Notes under the pieces: generated by a model | Seen by the model: the letters and a program-made list of their open reading frames with translations, nothing else | Told to the model about the DNA's origin: nothing | Database searches by the model: none | Shown here: positions 20,883 to 30,899 of the stretch, piece after piece | How positions within the stretch are numbered: the stretch's first letter is position 1 | Layout of the letters: every line of letters starts with the position of its first letter | NCBI GenBank assembly: GCA_963842085.1 | Contig: CAWJET010000001.1 | Location: forward strand, 1,184,001 to 1,248,000 | Origin: an uncultured delta proteobacterium | GTDB taxonomy: Bacteria > Desulfobacterota > Binatia > Binatales > Binataceae | Reading direction: 5' to 3' | DNA length: 64,000 nucleotides | Program-made: the position numbers and the translations under genes

Positions 20883-21950
20883 GTGATTAGCAACGATTCG
20901 CCCCGTGTGATCGGAACCGGCACTGCCTTACCCGCCAACTACGTCGATCAGGAACAACTGAGTTCACGCCTGCGCGAGTTATGGGAGCGGCGCTATTCGG
21001 ATTTGCGCCGCTTCGACAAAATCCAGGGCGCGCTCGGAATCACCGGGCGCCATCTTGCCCTGCCGATCGAGGAGTACATCCCGCTCGACACCTTCGCCAA
21101 GACCAACGACGCGTGGCTGCGCGCTGCACCCGAGGTCGGCAAGGCAGCGGCGGAAGTAGCGCTCGAACGAGCCGGGCTGAAGCCTCGCGACGTCGATCAT
21201 CTGTTCTTCGTCACCGTCACCGGTATCGCCGTTCCGAGCATCGACACGCGCATAATCAGCGCACTCGGGATGCGCAAGGAAATCAAGCGCACTCCGATCT
21301 TCGGGCTCGGATGCGTCGCAGGAGCGGCCGGCACGGCGCGCGCCGCCGACTACATCCGCGCCTATCCGTCGGAAGTCGCGATGCTGCTGTCGGTCGAGTT
21401 GTGCTCGCTCACGCTGCAGCGCGAGGATCTTTCGATCGCCAATATCATCGCGTCGGGCCTCTTCGGTGACGGTGCGGCCGCGATGCTGATCGGCGGCAAT
21501 GCGCCGGCGGCGGCCGGTCCACAGGTGATCGCGACGCGCTCGCTCGTTTTCCCGAACACCGAAGAAATTCTCGGCTGGGAAATAGTCGACAGCGGCTTCA
21601 AGATCGTCTTGTCATCGAAACTCACCGACCTCGTCCGCGCCAATATCCTCGACGAAGTTGATTCTTTCCTGGCGACGCAACAAATCGGCCGCGCGCACAT
21701 CAAGCACTGGATCGCGCACGCCGGCGGCCCCAAGGTGCTCGAGACCCTCGAAGGCGCGCTCGTTCTCCCCGAGGCCGCGCTGGCGCGTTCGTGGCGCTCG
21801 CTGCAATCGGTCGGAAACCTCTCGTCCGCGTCCGTGATGTTTATCCTCGACGAACTGCTCGAGGATAACGAAGCCGCGCCCGGCGACTACGGCCTGATCA
21901 TCGGCATGGGTCCCGGGTTCTCCGTCGAGCTGGTACTTCTTAAGTGGTGA
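20883..21950 (+). CDS. Type III polyketide synthase (BpsA/SrsA-like)
   Basis: Catalytic Cys (GLGCVAG), His (IAHAGGP), Asn (GNLSSAS); GPG end. Confidence 0.9.
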   Translation: MISNDSPRVIGTGTALPANYVDQEQLSSRLRELWERRYSDLRRFDKIQGALGITGRHLALPIEEYIPLDTFAKTNDAWLRAAPEVGKAAAEVALERAGLKPRDVDHLFFVTVTGIAVPSIDTRIISALGMRKEIKRTPIFGLGCVAGAAGTARAADYIRAYPSEVAMLLSVELCSLTLQREDLSIANIIASGLFGDGAAAMLIGGNAPAAAGPQVIATRSLVFPNTEEILGWEIVDSGFKIVLSSKLTDLVRANILDEVDSFLATQQIGRAHIKHWIAHAGGPKVLETLEGALVLPEAALARSWRSLQSVGNLSSASVMFILDELLEDNEAAPGDYGLIIGMGPGFSVELVLLKW

Positions 21951-21960
21951 CCGGGCTTAC

Positions 21961-22533
21961 GTGGTGATCTCGCTCCGCACCTATCTGCTCATCCTTGCGA
22001 TCCTGGTCATCGAGCGGATGTTCGAGCTTGATCGCGCTCGTCGCAATGCGCGCCGGGCGTTCCGGCACGGAGCGGTCGAAGTCGGGCAGGCGCACTACCG
22101 CGTGATGGTCGCATTTCACGCGCTGTTCATCGTGTCATGCGCGGTCGAGGCCACCTTGTTCCCGCACGCGTTTGCGCCGGTCGTCGCATGGCTCGCGCTA
22201 TGCGCTGAAATTGCCGCACAAGCGCTTCGCTACTGGGCGGTCGCGACGCTCGGCGATCGATGGAGCACGCGAATCATCGTGAGTCCCGACCGCGCGCCCG
22301 CGACCAACGGCCCCTATCGCTTCATGCGCCATCCCAACTATCTCGCCGTCGTCATCGAGATCGCGGCCGTGCCGATGATCGGCGGCGCACTCTTCACGGC
22401 GATCGCATTCTCCATCGGCAACGCCCTGATTCTCGCCGTGCGAATTCCGGCCGAGGAGCGCGCGATGGGAGGGCGCTACGCCGACGCACTCGGCTCGCGC
22501 CGCCGTTTCTTCCCCAGCTTGCGCCACGGCTAA
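21961..22533 (+). CDS. ICMT-family methyltransferase (BpsB/SrsB-like)
   Basis: TLGDRWSTRI, GPYRFMRHPNY, RIPAEE. Confidence 0.88.
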   Translation: MVISLRTYLLILAILVIERMFELDRARRNARRAFRHGAVEVGQAHYRVMVAFHALFIVSCAVEATLFPHAFAPVVAWLALCAEIAAQALRYWAVATLGDRWSTRIIVSPDRAPATNGPYRFMRHPNYLAVVIEIAAVPMIGGALFTAIAFSIGNALILAVRIPAEERAMGGRYADALGSRRRFFPSLRHG

Positions 22534-22542
22534 GATAGTCCG

Positions 22543-23220
22543 GTGTTTTTCGCGCCGTTCCTCGCCTTCTACGCGATCGTCTTCTTCTTCGTTCTGGCGT
22601 TTTTTTTCGTCCTGCTGGAAATCCACGTCATCACCTACGCTTTTGTTACAATCGGCCTTCCGCCCGAGCTGGCCTTCACCGCCCTGCTCGTGAGTCTAAT
22701 CGGCAGCTACATCAATATTCCCATCATGCGCGTTGCCGGCGGCCAGCCGCACCCCGACGCCGTGGTTCGCAGTTTCGGTGTTAGCTATAGGGTGCCGGTT
22801 CGTTACGCCACCGACTCGACGATTGTCGCCATAAATGTCGGCGGTGCGATCGTTCCCGTCCTGATCTCGGCGTACTTGCTGATGCAAATGCCCGCGATAA
22901 TCGTGCCGGCGTTGCTAGGAATCGCGATCGTTACGGTTATCGTCCATGGTTTCGCGAGGCCGGTGCCCGGGTTGGGAATCGCGACGCCGATGCTGATTCC
23001 GCCGATCGTCGCCGCCGCCTGCGGCTACTTTCTCGGCTCTTCGCAGCATCATCGCGACGCCGTCGCATTCATCAGCGGCGTGATCGGCACTCTCATCGGC
23101 GCCGATTTGCTCAACCTGCACAAGTTGCGAGATCTGGGTGCACCGGTCGCCTCGATCGGCGGTGCCGGCACCTTCGACGGAATCTTCCTGACCGGAATCG
23201 TCGCGGTGCTGCTGGCGTGA
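22543..23220 (+). CDS. DUF1614-like membrane protein
   Basis: GSYINIP, AINVGGAIVP, GTLIGADLLNL, SIGGAGTFDGIFLTG. Confidence 0.8.
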   Translation: MFFAPFLAFYAIVFFFVLAFFFVLLEIHVITYAFVTIGLPPELAFTALLVSLIGSYINIPIMRVAGGQPHPDAVVRSFGVSYRVPVRYATDSTIVAINVGGAIVPVLISAYLLMQMPAIIVPALLGIAIVTVIVHGFARPVPGLGIATPMLIPPIVAAACGYFLGSSQHHRDAVAFISGVIGTLIGADLLNLHKLRDLGAPVASIGGAGTFDGIFLTGIVAVLLA

Positions 23221-23313
23221 GCGGCCGAATCTACTCCAATCCGGGCTGTCCATTGCCACAATATCGCGTTACAATGGTTCCAAAATGGAACCATTGCCGG
23301 AGAGTCTCGGGCT

Positions 23314-23547
23314 ATGACTGTAACTCTCTCGATTAAAAAAGTTCCTGAAAAGCTGGTCAAACGACTCAGGCGCAAGGCCGCGATTCATCGGCGTTCGCTC
23401 CAGGGTGAGTTGATGGCCGTTCTGGAAGAGGCGGCTTCGCCAACCCATCTGACGGTTGATGAACTGCGACAAGCGGTCCGGCGGTTCGGGCCCCCCGTTT
23501 CCGGGAACAGCACGGAAATGATTCGCGAAGATCGCGATGCCCGATAA
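23314..23547 (+). CDS. FitA-like ribbon-helix-helix antitoxin
   Basis: LSIKKVPE...HRRSLQGE; ends STEMIREDRDAR overlapping the PIN gene. Confidence 0.8.
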   Translation: MTVTLSIKKVPEKLVKRLRRKAAIHRRSLQGELMAVLEEAASPTHLTVDELRQAVRRFGPPVSGNSTEMIREDRDAR

Positions 23548-23920
23548 GGTAGTTGATGCCTCCGTGATCGCAGCGCTGGCGTTCCAGGAATCGCGGGCAG
23601 AAGAAGCCCGGAATTTGCTTGGTAACGCGAGTCTCTTCGCGCCTGAAATACTTCCATATGAATTGGCAAGCGTGGCCTTGAAAAAAACCAGGCTCCTGCC
23701 ATCGCGACGACTCGATATCGCATCGCGGCTGCGCGCCGCGCTTTCACTGGAAGTCGAGCTGGTTCCGATGGCGCCGCTTGAACTGCTCAAACTCGCGCTT
23801 GAAACCGAGCTCACGGTCTATGACGCTGCCTATCTTCAAACCGCGCGACGACTCGGATGCACTCTCGTGACGTTCGACACAGAGCTTGCACGTCACGCTC
23901 GGCGCATCACGCCGGCTTGA
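23537..23920 (+). CDS. PIN-domain VapC toxin
   Basis: VVDASV, LTVYDAAYL, LVTFD. Confidence 0.85.
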   Translation: MPDKVVDASVIAALAFQESRAEEARNLLGNASLFAPEILPYELASVALKKTRLLPSRRLDIASRLRAALSLEVELVPMAPLELLKLALETELTVYDAAYLQTARRLGCTLVTFDTELARHARRITPA

Positions 23921-24308
23921 ACTTCACCAGCGTGCACTCAGGCGTCACGTCGTCGAAGAAAACCTGAACCGGCATCTCGACGCGTATTTGCTCCGGCGGT
24001 GCGACGATATTGCTCGTCATGCGCGGGCCCTCGGCCAGCTCGACGATCGCCAGCACGTAGGGCGCGTCCGCAAACGCCCGGCTCGACGCCCGCCGCACTA
24101 CGGTGTAGCTGTACACCTTGCCGCGCCCGCTCACGCGCTCCCACGCCAGCTTGTCCGAGAAACATTTCGGGCATCGATCGCGCGGATAGTAGATGTACGC
24201 GCGGCATGCGCCGCATCGTTGAAGCGTCAACTCGTGGCGCCGCGCGGCTTCCCAGAACGGACGGCTCGTTGGTGACGGCTTCGGAAGCGGTTTGTAGTAC
24301 TCGCTCAT
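23907..24308 (-). CDS. DUF35 Zn-ribbon/OB-fold protein
   Basis: PFWEAA, CGAC...CPKC, GKVYSYTVV, VELAEGPRM. Confidence 0.88.
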   Translation of the reverse strand: MSEYYKPLPKPSPTSRPFWEAARRHELTLQRCGACRAYIYYPRDRCPKCFSDKLAWERVSGRGKVYSYTVVRRASSRAFADAPYVLAIVELAEGPRMTSNIVAPPEQIRVEMPVQVFFDDVTPECTLVKFKPA

Positions 24309-25462
24309 GATCTGCGCTCCAGCACGAGACTCACCTGCTCGCTCATGATACCGCCGTTGCCGTTGACGTAGCCGAGCGCCGCGCCCTTGACCTGGCGCTC
24401 GCCGCCGCGCCCCATCAATTGTCTTATCGCTTCCGTCGCGTGACTCATGCCGCCCGCCAGCCCCGGCTGGCCGAACGACAACTGCCCGCCATGCGTATTA
24501 CACGGAAAGTCGCCCGCATACGTCAGGTCGTGCTCCATGACGAACGGCCCGCCCTGCCCCTTCTTGCAAAAGCCCGCGTCCTCGAGCGTGACGATCACGG
24601 TGATCGTGTAGCAGTCGTACGGACACACCAGGTCCATGTCCTTCGGCTGCAGCCCCGCCATCTTGAATGCGTTCTCTGCCGCCGGCTTGATCGGCGACTC
24701 CGTGATCGACGGCGCATAGGTGATCGTCGAGTGATTGGCGTACTCGCCGGCGCCGAGCAACCATATCGGCGGATTCTTCGCCCGCTTCGCCACTTCGGGT
24801 GAGGCGACGATTATCGCGGCGCCGCCGCTCACCGGGCTCACGATTTCATATAGATGAAGCGGATCGACAATCATCCGTGAATTCAGCACCTCGTCGATCG
24901 TAAGCGCTTTGTCATTGAACGTCGCGAGCGGATTCTTGAGCGCGCTGGTCCGCTGATCGACCGCGACTTTCGCCATCTGCCGCGCCGTAGTGCCGTACTC
25001 ATGCATATGGCGATGCGCGATCATCGCATAGCCGCAATTCGCGCCGATGTTTCCATACGGCGCCTCGAACTCGCGCTGCACCGATACCACCGGCGGGCGC
25101 TGGTCTCCGGCTTTGTTCAAATCCGCGACGATGCACAGCACCGCGCTGCACATCCCCGCATCGATTGCTGCCGCCGCGCGCCAGATCATCCCGGCCGGAC
25201 TCGCGCCGCCGATATCGACCTGGTTCAGCATCCGCACGTTGAGCCCGAGCACCTCGGCTGCGCTCGCCGGGTAAATCATCCCGGGGTCCGAAAACGGCAC
25301 GCCGACCAGGAAGCCGTCGATATCTTTTTTCTCCAGCCCGGCGTCCGCGATCGCCTCGGCCGCTACCCGCGCCATCAGCCCGAGCGCGGTCAGGTCGCCG
25401 GGCTCCTTGAGCGGTTTGAGTTCGCCAATTCCGATCGCCGCGGCTTTTCCCTTCAAGCTCAT
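24305..25462 (-). CDS. SCP-x/Ltp2-type thiolase-family protein
   Basis: YDCYTI and NTHGGQLSFG; canonical pairing with DUF35. Confidence 0.85.
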   Translation of the reverse strand: MSLKGKAAAIGIGELKPLKEPGDLTALGLMARVAAEAIADAGLEKKDIDGFLVGVPFSDPGMIYPASAAEVLGLNVRMLNQVDIGGASPAGMIWRAAAAIDAGMCSAVLCIVADLNKAGDQRPPVVSVQREFEAPYGNIGANCGYAMIAHRHMHEYGTTARQMAKVAVDQRTSALKNPLATFNDKALTIDEVLNSRMIVDPLHLYEIVSPVSGGAAIIVASPEVAKRAKNPPIWLLGAGEYANHSTITYAPSITESPIKPAAENAFKMAGLQPKDMDLVCPYDCYTITVIVTLEDAGFCKKGQGGPFVMEHDLTYAGDFPCNTHGGQLSFGQPGLAGGMSHATEAIRQLMGRGGERQVKGAALGYVNGNGGIMSEQVSLVLERRS

Positions 25463-25599
25463 TGCATCGACTCCCGCGTTTTCGTTTCCCGCATCACGCT
25501 TACGACTACCACAAATCGCGTCTCGCGAGTTCGCCGCCGCGCGGTTCAATTCGGTGAAAAAATCTTATAGCTTTGTTCGTTCGAGGTGCTTTTAGCGAA

Positions 25600-25779
25600 A
25601 TGGCATTTATCATCTGTGACGATCACAACGTTGATGTCGAAGCCGACGGAATCGACAACGCAGTCGCGAAGCAGCTGATGCTGACCGACGAAAAACCCGG
25701 CGCGACCCCGCGCGAAAAAGAGATCATCGAGTTCGGCATCAAGCATCGCAACTGCAACGTCCGCATTCTCGCCGGCTAG
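25600..25779 (+). CDS. Small hypothetical protein (59 aa)
   Basis: GAGG RBS; MAFIICDDH...KHRNC; host-like codon usage. Confidence 0.55.
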   Translation: MAFIICDDHNVDVEADGIDNAVAKQLMLTDEKPGATPREKEIIEFGIKHRNCNVRILAG

Positions 25780-25870
25780 TTGAGATTCGATCCGGGTCGG
25801 CGATGCGCTCGCCGACCAGGTGCCCCGATCGCCGCTTTCACACGCCCGCGCGCATTTTACGCATCCGATG

Positions 25871-25900
25871 TTGACCGGCTGACCAACCGGCGGATACACT
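25871..25900 (+). promoter_or_regulatory. Probable tRNA promoter TTGACC-18-TACACT
   Basis: Ends 5 nt upstream of the tRNA. Confidence 0.6.
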
Positions 25901-25905
25901 GCCGA

Positions 25906-25982
25906 GGCGGGGTGGAGCAGTCTGGTAGCTCGCCGGGCTCATAACCCGGAGGTCGAAGGTTCAAATCCTTCCCCCGCAACCA
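25906..25982 (+). tRNA. Initiator tRNA-Met (CAT)
   Basis: Cloverleaf; anticodon arm CCGGG-CTCATAA-CCCGG with 3 consecutive G:C pairs; unpaired 1:72; GTTCAAATC T-loop; encoded CCA. Confidence 0.97.
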
Positions 25983-26843
25983 CGAATTCCACAATTCTGA
26001 TCGGCACTTACGAGAAGCGCGTAAGTGCAGACAGTCGCCGCCGCTATCGCCGGTGCCGGTTCTGGTGCCGGTTCCAAATCAGCGAATACCAGGAAGTATA
26101 TGGCCCGTAGCAGCCATCGCATAATTGAACCTTGATGACAGTCCAGAGCCGATTGACCGCGTGATAGATGTTGCGAATGCTGCTCGGCTTGCCGTATCGA
26201 GCGCATTTATGCGGCGCTTTTCTGGTTCGCGGCGGCCTCAAGCAATTCCTCGACTGACCGTAGCCCCCGATTCGCCACGCCAGCGGCTATAGCGGCGCAC
26301 AGCCGTTGATGGCAGGTTTTCATCCGTATCGCTCTATATCACCTCATACGCATGTAGTCATTGTGCGCGAAGGGGTTCTCGTATTTTGGAAGGCACGACT
26401 TGTTGCCACCCAGTGATATCAAATGTGACCGAGGGTCCCCACAAAATCCCCCACAGTCGCATTCCGACCTCACGTCCAGCTAAGTCTGTAATGTGGAATG
26501 CCTCGCGCGAACGCTCTTGAGCGCCAATCCGTGGGCACAAACAGAGTTCTCCGGGCGCTTACGAGCTGATCCTCGGCTGCCCTCAATGAGGTTTGAATGA
26601 CGATGCTCTCGATCGGGGTCGCGGAACCGCGAAACTCGCGGCGGCATGGTTTCTCAATCATGGCGGTTTTTGACCCTTGCTCTCGGATGTGATTCCGCTC
26701 TTTTTTCATCAAACTGACGGTCGGGCATTGCACGGCGCCGATTTGCCGGCAGCAACGCCCTATGCTTTACAATTGAGTGCCTGTCTTCGAGGAATAAAAG
26801 ACGACACACGTTAACCTGCGGCGGTTGGCGGAACCGAACGGAG

Positions 26844-27089
26844 ATGCCGATAATGGGAAGCACTGTGCGCGCACGAGTCCACAAAGGCCGACTGGAGTTG
26901 ATCGACAAAGTTGATCTTCCGGAAGGCGCAGAAATCGCAGTGACGATCACTGAATCCGCTCCCGTGAGGGACTTTGACGCATTTCGCCGATCCGCAGGTT
27001 CATGGCGCGGCTTGGTGGACGCGGACAAACTGATTCGCAATATCTACCGTGACCGCTTGATTTCCCCCCGAAAGAAGCCGCGCCTATGA
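26844..27089 (+). CDS. DUF104/AF2212-like antitoxin
   Basis: VRARVHKGRLELIDKVDLPEGAEIAVTI; overlaps the PIN gene. Confidence 0.7.
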   Translation: MPIMGSTVRARVHKGRLELIDKVDLPEGAEIAVTITESAPVRDFDAFRRSAGSWRGLVDADKLIRNIYRDRLISPRKKPRL

Positions 27090-27436
27090 GCGTACGTTTC
27101 TTGGTAGACACCGATTGGGTGATTCATTGGTTGAACGGGCACGAGAAAATTCGTCGCCGCCTCGACGAGGTGAAAGAGCAAGGACTCGCCCTCTCGGTGA
27201 TATCGTTGGCGGAACTTTACGAAGGCATCTACTACGGCCAAAGCCGGAAGGCCGCCGAGCAAGGATTGAGGGACTTCCTGACTGGAGCGGATCTGCTCTC
27301 AATTGACCATGCGACCGCTGAGATCTTTGGCCGGGAGCGCGGTCGTTTGCGCGCCGCACGAAAAATCATTGGCGACTTCGACCTGATGATTGCCGCAACC
27401 GCACTCCACCACGGACTCACGCTACCGACTGAGTGA
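27086..27436 (+). pseudogene. VapC PIN toxin, C-terminally truncated
   Basis: FLVDTD, SLAELYEG, DLMIAATAL; ends HGLTLPTE* without the usual TxN..HF tail. Confidence 0.75.
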
Positions 27437-28026
27437 GAGTGATCGTGATTCGGTCGCCCACCTGAACGCCTCGAAGTGTTGCTGGATTCGTCACGTGGAT
27501 GTTTTCTGTCGAACCATCGGGATCCTGCAGCGTGATGCGCTGATCGGCCTGGTCGATCGCCGATACAACGACGACGAGTTGGGTCTCCCGCGCAGCGGCA
27601 GCGCCGGGAACCTCACCGGGTTTCGCAGTCCATAGCCCGGCGGCCAAAGTGGCGACCGGTGGCTTATCGCTCGGCCCCTTGCCGACGATGCTTACAGATT
27701 CCGTAAATTGCGCTACGTAACGGTCACCAGCCTTCAGAGACTGCGGGTTGTATGGATTGTTGACAGTAAGGGTCACGTCCTTGCCACCCGGCCCCTGCAA
27801 TGTAACCTGCTTGCTAGCGGAATCGACGGTGACAATCTTGCCGTGGACGGTTATGACGGTCTCCGCCGCAATTCCAGTCGCGGGTGTCGCGCTCGGCGGC
27901 GCGGCAGTCTTTGATGGAACGCTTGACTGCGGCGAACTCTGCGTGTTGGCGCATCCAGCCAAACTTAGCACTAACCGTTACCAATACTGAGAGTCCAACC
28001 TTGGCGAGGTTGCTCATATTTTTCAT
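27417..28026 (-). pseudogene. Exported lipoprotein with two OB-like repeats; frameshift in the signal peptide and 3' truncation
   Basis: MKNMSNLAKVGLSVLVT and VLSLAGC in different frames; repeats VTLQGPGG / ITLQDPDG. Confidence 0.55.
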
Positions 28027-28238
28027 CAATCTACATGATAGTCTTCAGCCGGGATTTCCTTTGATGTCAACACGTTTCGGTGAACTCCGCGGCAAGTTGT
28101 TGCCCGTCGTTCGCAGCCGACCGTTTGCTCTGGGTCTAGACTGGCGTCAGGCGAAGGATGTGTCGACGACCTAGCCGTCTCCTTTCCCCGTGTATGCCAT
28201 CTCCAAAACAACCTTCAGACTGTCACCTTTCGCGAACT

Positions 28239-28556
28239 CTATTGCTTCATCACCATGACGCTGCCCTCTTTATCCAGATAGAGGCAATCGACCTGCTCCC
28301 CCGAATAGAATGCCCCGCAAATCGACTTATCAACGCCTGGGCATTTGTAAAGATTGGGCGCCGTCTGTTGGCATTGCGTGAGGTCGAAATGCAGTTTGGT
28401 CTGCAATTTGTTCTCAGACGCCTGCGACGGCGAAAATATGTAGCAGCCCGCCAACGTGATCGTCGCCGCCAAGATCATGATCGCGGCTACTCTGACCGAG
28501 AGCGCCCTGCGGCTGGTTACTTTTCCCTTCCCTTCACCAATCTGTTCGCCTAACAT
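28239..28556 (-). CDS. Small 4-Cys lipoprotein (paralog of 63009-63332)
   Basis: LAGC lipobox; LHF..CQQ..LYKCP.VDK.IC..Y.G...C. Confidence 0.65.
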   Translation of the reverse strand: MLGEQIGEGKGKVTSRRALSVRVAAIMILAATITLAGCYIFSPSQASENKLQTKLHFDLTQCQQTAPNLYKCPGVDKSICGAFYSGEQVDCLYLDKEGSVMVMKQ

Positions 28557-28705
28557 CGCTTTTTCCTTTTAGGGCGCTCTGAAGCCCTATTCGACGATAT
28601 CTTTCTTGAGGCTCTGGACGAAGGCGACTACATCGCGCTGTTTCGCGCTTCGACAGCCGCTCGCTCGCGGCCAACTCGAAACTTCGCACGCGAAGGAACT
28701 CCCGG

Positions 28706-29005
28706 CTAGTAGCGGGAGTCCACTCCCATTTCGTCGTCGTCGCTACGCGCCGACCCAACCCCGGTCGCGCGAAACAATAGCTTGGCGGCGAAAAGCTTTT
28801 CGCTGATGCGTCCCTGGGATTGGAGTTGGCCGCCATGCCGTTTGCAGTGCGGACATACCGTCGAACCGCTGAGAAGACTTGCGTTCTCGGGCGTTATTCT
28901 GAGATCAAACTTGAACCCGCAGCCGGGGTTCCGACAAACCGTGCGGTACACGATTCCATGGTTACCGGTTGTTCTGGACTCACGTCTGTTAACCGCTGTT
29001 TGCAT
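28706..29005 (-). CDS. Small Zn-ribbon-like protein
   Basis: CRNPGC...CPHC; GGAGGA RBS. Confidence 0.55.
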   Translation of the reverse strand: MQTAVNRRESRTTGNHGIVYRTVCRNPGCGFKFDLRITPENASLLSGSTVCPHCKRHGGQLQSQGRISEKLFAAKLLFRATGVGSARSDDDEMGVDSRY

Positions 29006-29184
29006 TTTAAATCCTCCTGCATCGCCTTACTCGGCGAGAAAGTCGCGGACGAAAATACTTTTCCCGACACCTTAGCTTGCAATTCGTTGACCGTAGTCCT
29101 CGTGCACTGTTAATGAATCGCGCCGTACTGCGGGCGCACGCAGCGGCATTGCACACAGTTTGCGCCACCGTTCCTAACTGGCGC

Positions 29185-29233
29185 AATTGGACCTTGGTCC
29201 ATTGGACCAAGGGGCATTGGACCTTTGTCCAAT
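29185..29233. promoter_or_regulatory. TGGAC-box locus 1, three units at 15-bp period
   Basis: ATTGGACCTTGGTCC ATTGGACCAAGGGGC ATTGGACCTTTGTCC AAT between divergent genes. Confidence 0.75.
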
Positions 29234-29619
29234 AGAACTAGATGTTCGATTTGGCTTACCTTCGAGGCGATCGTCGTCGGATCCAATTGACCGACCGGGA
29301 GAAGCTTCCACGCCGGCATCATTTCCTCAAATCACCCTTCGAACCCACCAGGAGAGACGACTACTATCATGCGCGCTCTGCCCGCGCCTTCATTGGAAAA
29401 AGAGTGGACCCGTCAACGAGCGCACCGGTTGGCGACCGCTCCTGGCCGTATCCGAAGGTGAGCCAGGGGTTCCGCCACCGAGTCTAGATGACCGATCTCT
29501 CGAGCTTGAGTCATGCCGGGCCGCATTACCCGCACACACCAACTCTCTAGTCTTTCGCCGCGTTTCGGCGTTTTCGGTAGCGATAACTATGATTCGCGCT
29601 CCATGTTGGAGGAACGGCG

Positions 29620-30726
29620 TTGAATAAAGTCATCTGCATTTTAGCAGGGGTGATGTGCGTCGCCCTCGTGGGCCCGGCCTATTCGCAGTACGCCAGTACC
29701 TCGGCTACTTCCGTACAAAAGAGCTCGAAGCTTCGGATGGCTGTGTGCGTCGCGCCCCCCAGTGTCATGGAGCAAAACGGCTCGCTGACCGGGTTCAGCA
29801 TCGATCTTTGGAATGCAATTGCCGCGCAGTTGAAGGCGAGGGCCACGTATCAGATCGAACCGGATGTGCCGGCTCTTGAAGAGGCGATGCTTTCGAAAAA
29901 GGCCGACCTCGCGTTGGACGTCTTCATAACGTCGGCGCGCACTACGGCATTCGACTTTTCGATACCGATAATGGAGGCAGGGCTGCAAATTGTTGTGCGA
30001 AGGACCGGTGGGAAGGCTCATCCGGAAAGCCTGCTATCGGACATGTTGCGCCTGACGTTCTCGACCACGACCCTGGAGTGGCTCGGTCTGGCATTGCTCC
30101 TCATCCTGATCCCTGCCCACCTGGTCTGGTTCTTCGAACGAAGGACAGACGACGGTATTGTTTCGAACCCAAACTACTTCCCTGGAATTTTCGAGGCAGC
30201 CTTTTGGGCGTTATCGACGCTGACGCAACAGGCGGAAGCCATGCCTCGTCAATGGATTGGGCGGATGGTCGCAATCTTCTGGCTGTTCGTGGGGGTGGTT
30301 TTCGTAGCGTTCTACACCGCCCAGTTGACGACTGCCATGACCGTCGATCAGATCAGCGGCGGCATTGATGGTCCCGGCGATCTACCCGGCAGGGAGGTTG
30401 CGACACTGGCCGGCTCGAACGCCGTTGAATATCTGACGAAGCATCACGCACGGGTGCAGGAATTTCCGACCACCGAGCAAATGTTCGAGGCGCTGCTCAA
30501 CAAGAAGGTGGATGCGGTGGTTTCGGCCGCACCGATGCTGCTTTACTTTGCGAGGCATGAGGGGAAGGGACGGGTAAAGGTGGTCGGCCTCAATTTTGAC
30601 ACCGCGCCGGTTGCCATCATGTTTCAGCTCGGCAGTCCGCTCCGCAGAAACGTAGATACTGCGTTGGCCGCGCTTCGTGAGAACGGCACCTATCAGCAGA
30701 TTTACGACGAATGGTTCGGCCCCTAG
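29620..30726 (+). CDS. Prokaryotic glutamate-receptor-like channel (split SBP domain plus M1-P-M2)
   Basis: GFSIDLW, ITSAR..FDFS S1 lobe; TM-pore-TM with FYTAQLT; S2 lobe ending NGTYQQIYDEWFG. Confidence 0.85.
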   Translation: MNKVICILAGVMCVALVGPAYSQYASTSATSVQKSSKLRMAVCVAPPSVMEQNGSLTGFSIDLWNAIAAQLKARATYQIEPDVPALEEAMLSKKADLALDVFITSARTTAFDFSIPIMEAGLQIVVRRTGGKAHPESLLSDMLRLTFSTTTLEWLGLALLLILIPAHLVWFFERRTDDGIVSNPNYFPGIFEAAFWALSTLTQQAEAMPRQWIGRMVAIFWLFVGVVFVAFYTAQLTTAMTVDQISGGIDGPGDLPGREVATLAGSNAVEYLTKHHARVQEFPTTEQMFEALLNKKVDAVVSAAPMLLYFARHEGKGRVKVVGLNFDTAPVAIMFQLGSPLRRNVDTALAALRENGTYQQIYDEWFGP

Positions 30727-30899
30727 AAACACGAGATCAGAGGTCGCTTCTCAGCTGGTAGAAAATTCATGGGGCAGACTTCTGAACAGGATGTTGTTAT
30801 TTCGGTCCATTTAGGGAAAATTCCGGCTGAGCAGCCAAGAGCGGTCGCGCTTGCATAGCCTGCCCATTTTGAACGATGAGAAGCGAATCGAGGGGCAAA

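Noticed and set aside
29185-29233. Tandem TGGAC repeats as a CRISPR or mini-array
   Set aside because: Units are 15 bp with no unique spacers, no cas genes are present, and single copies occur at promoters; an operator fits better
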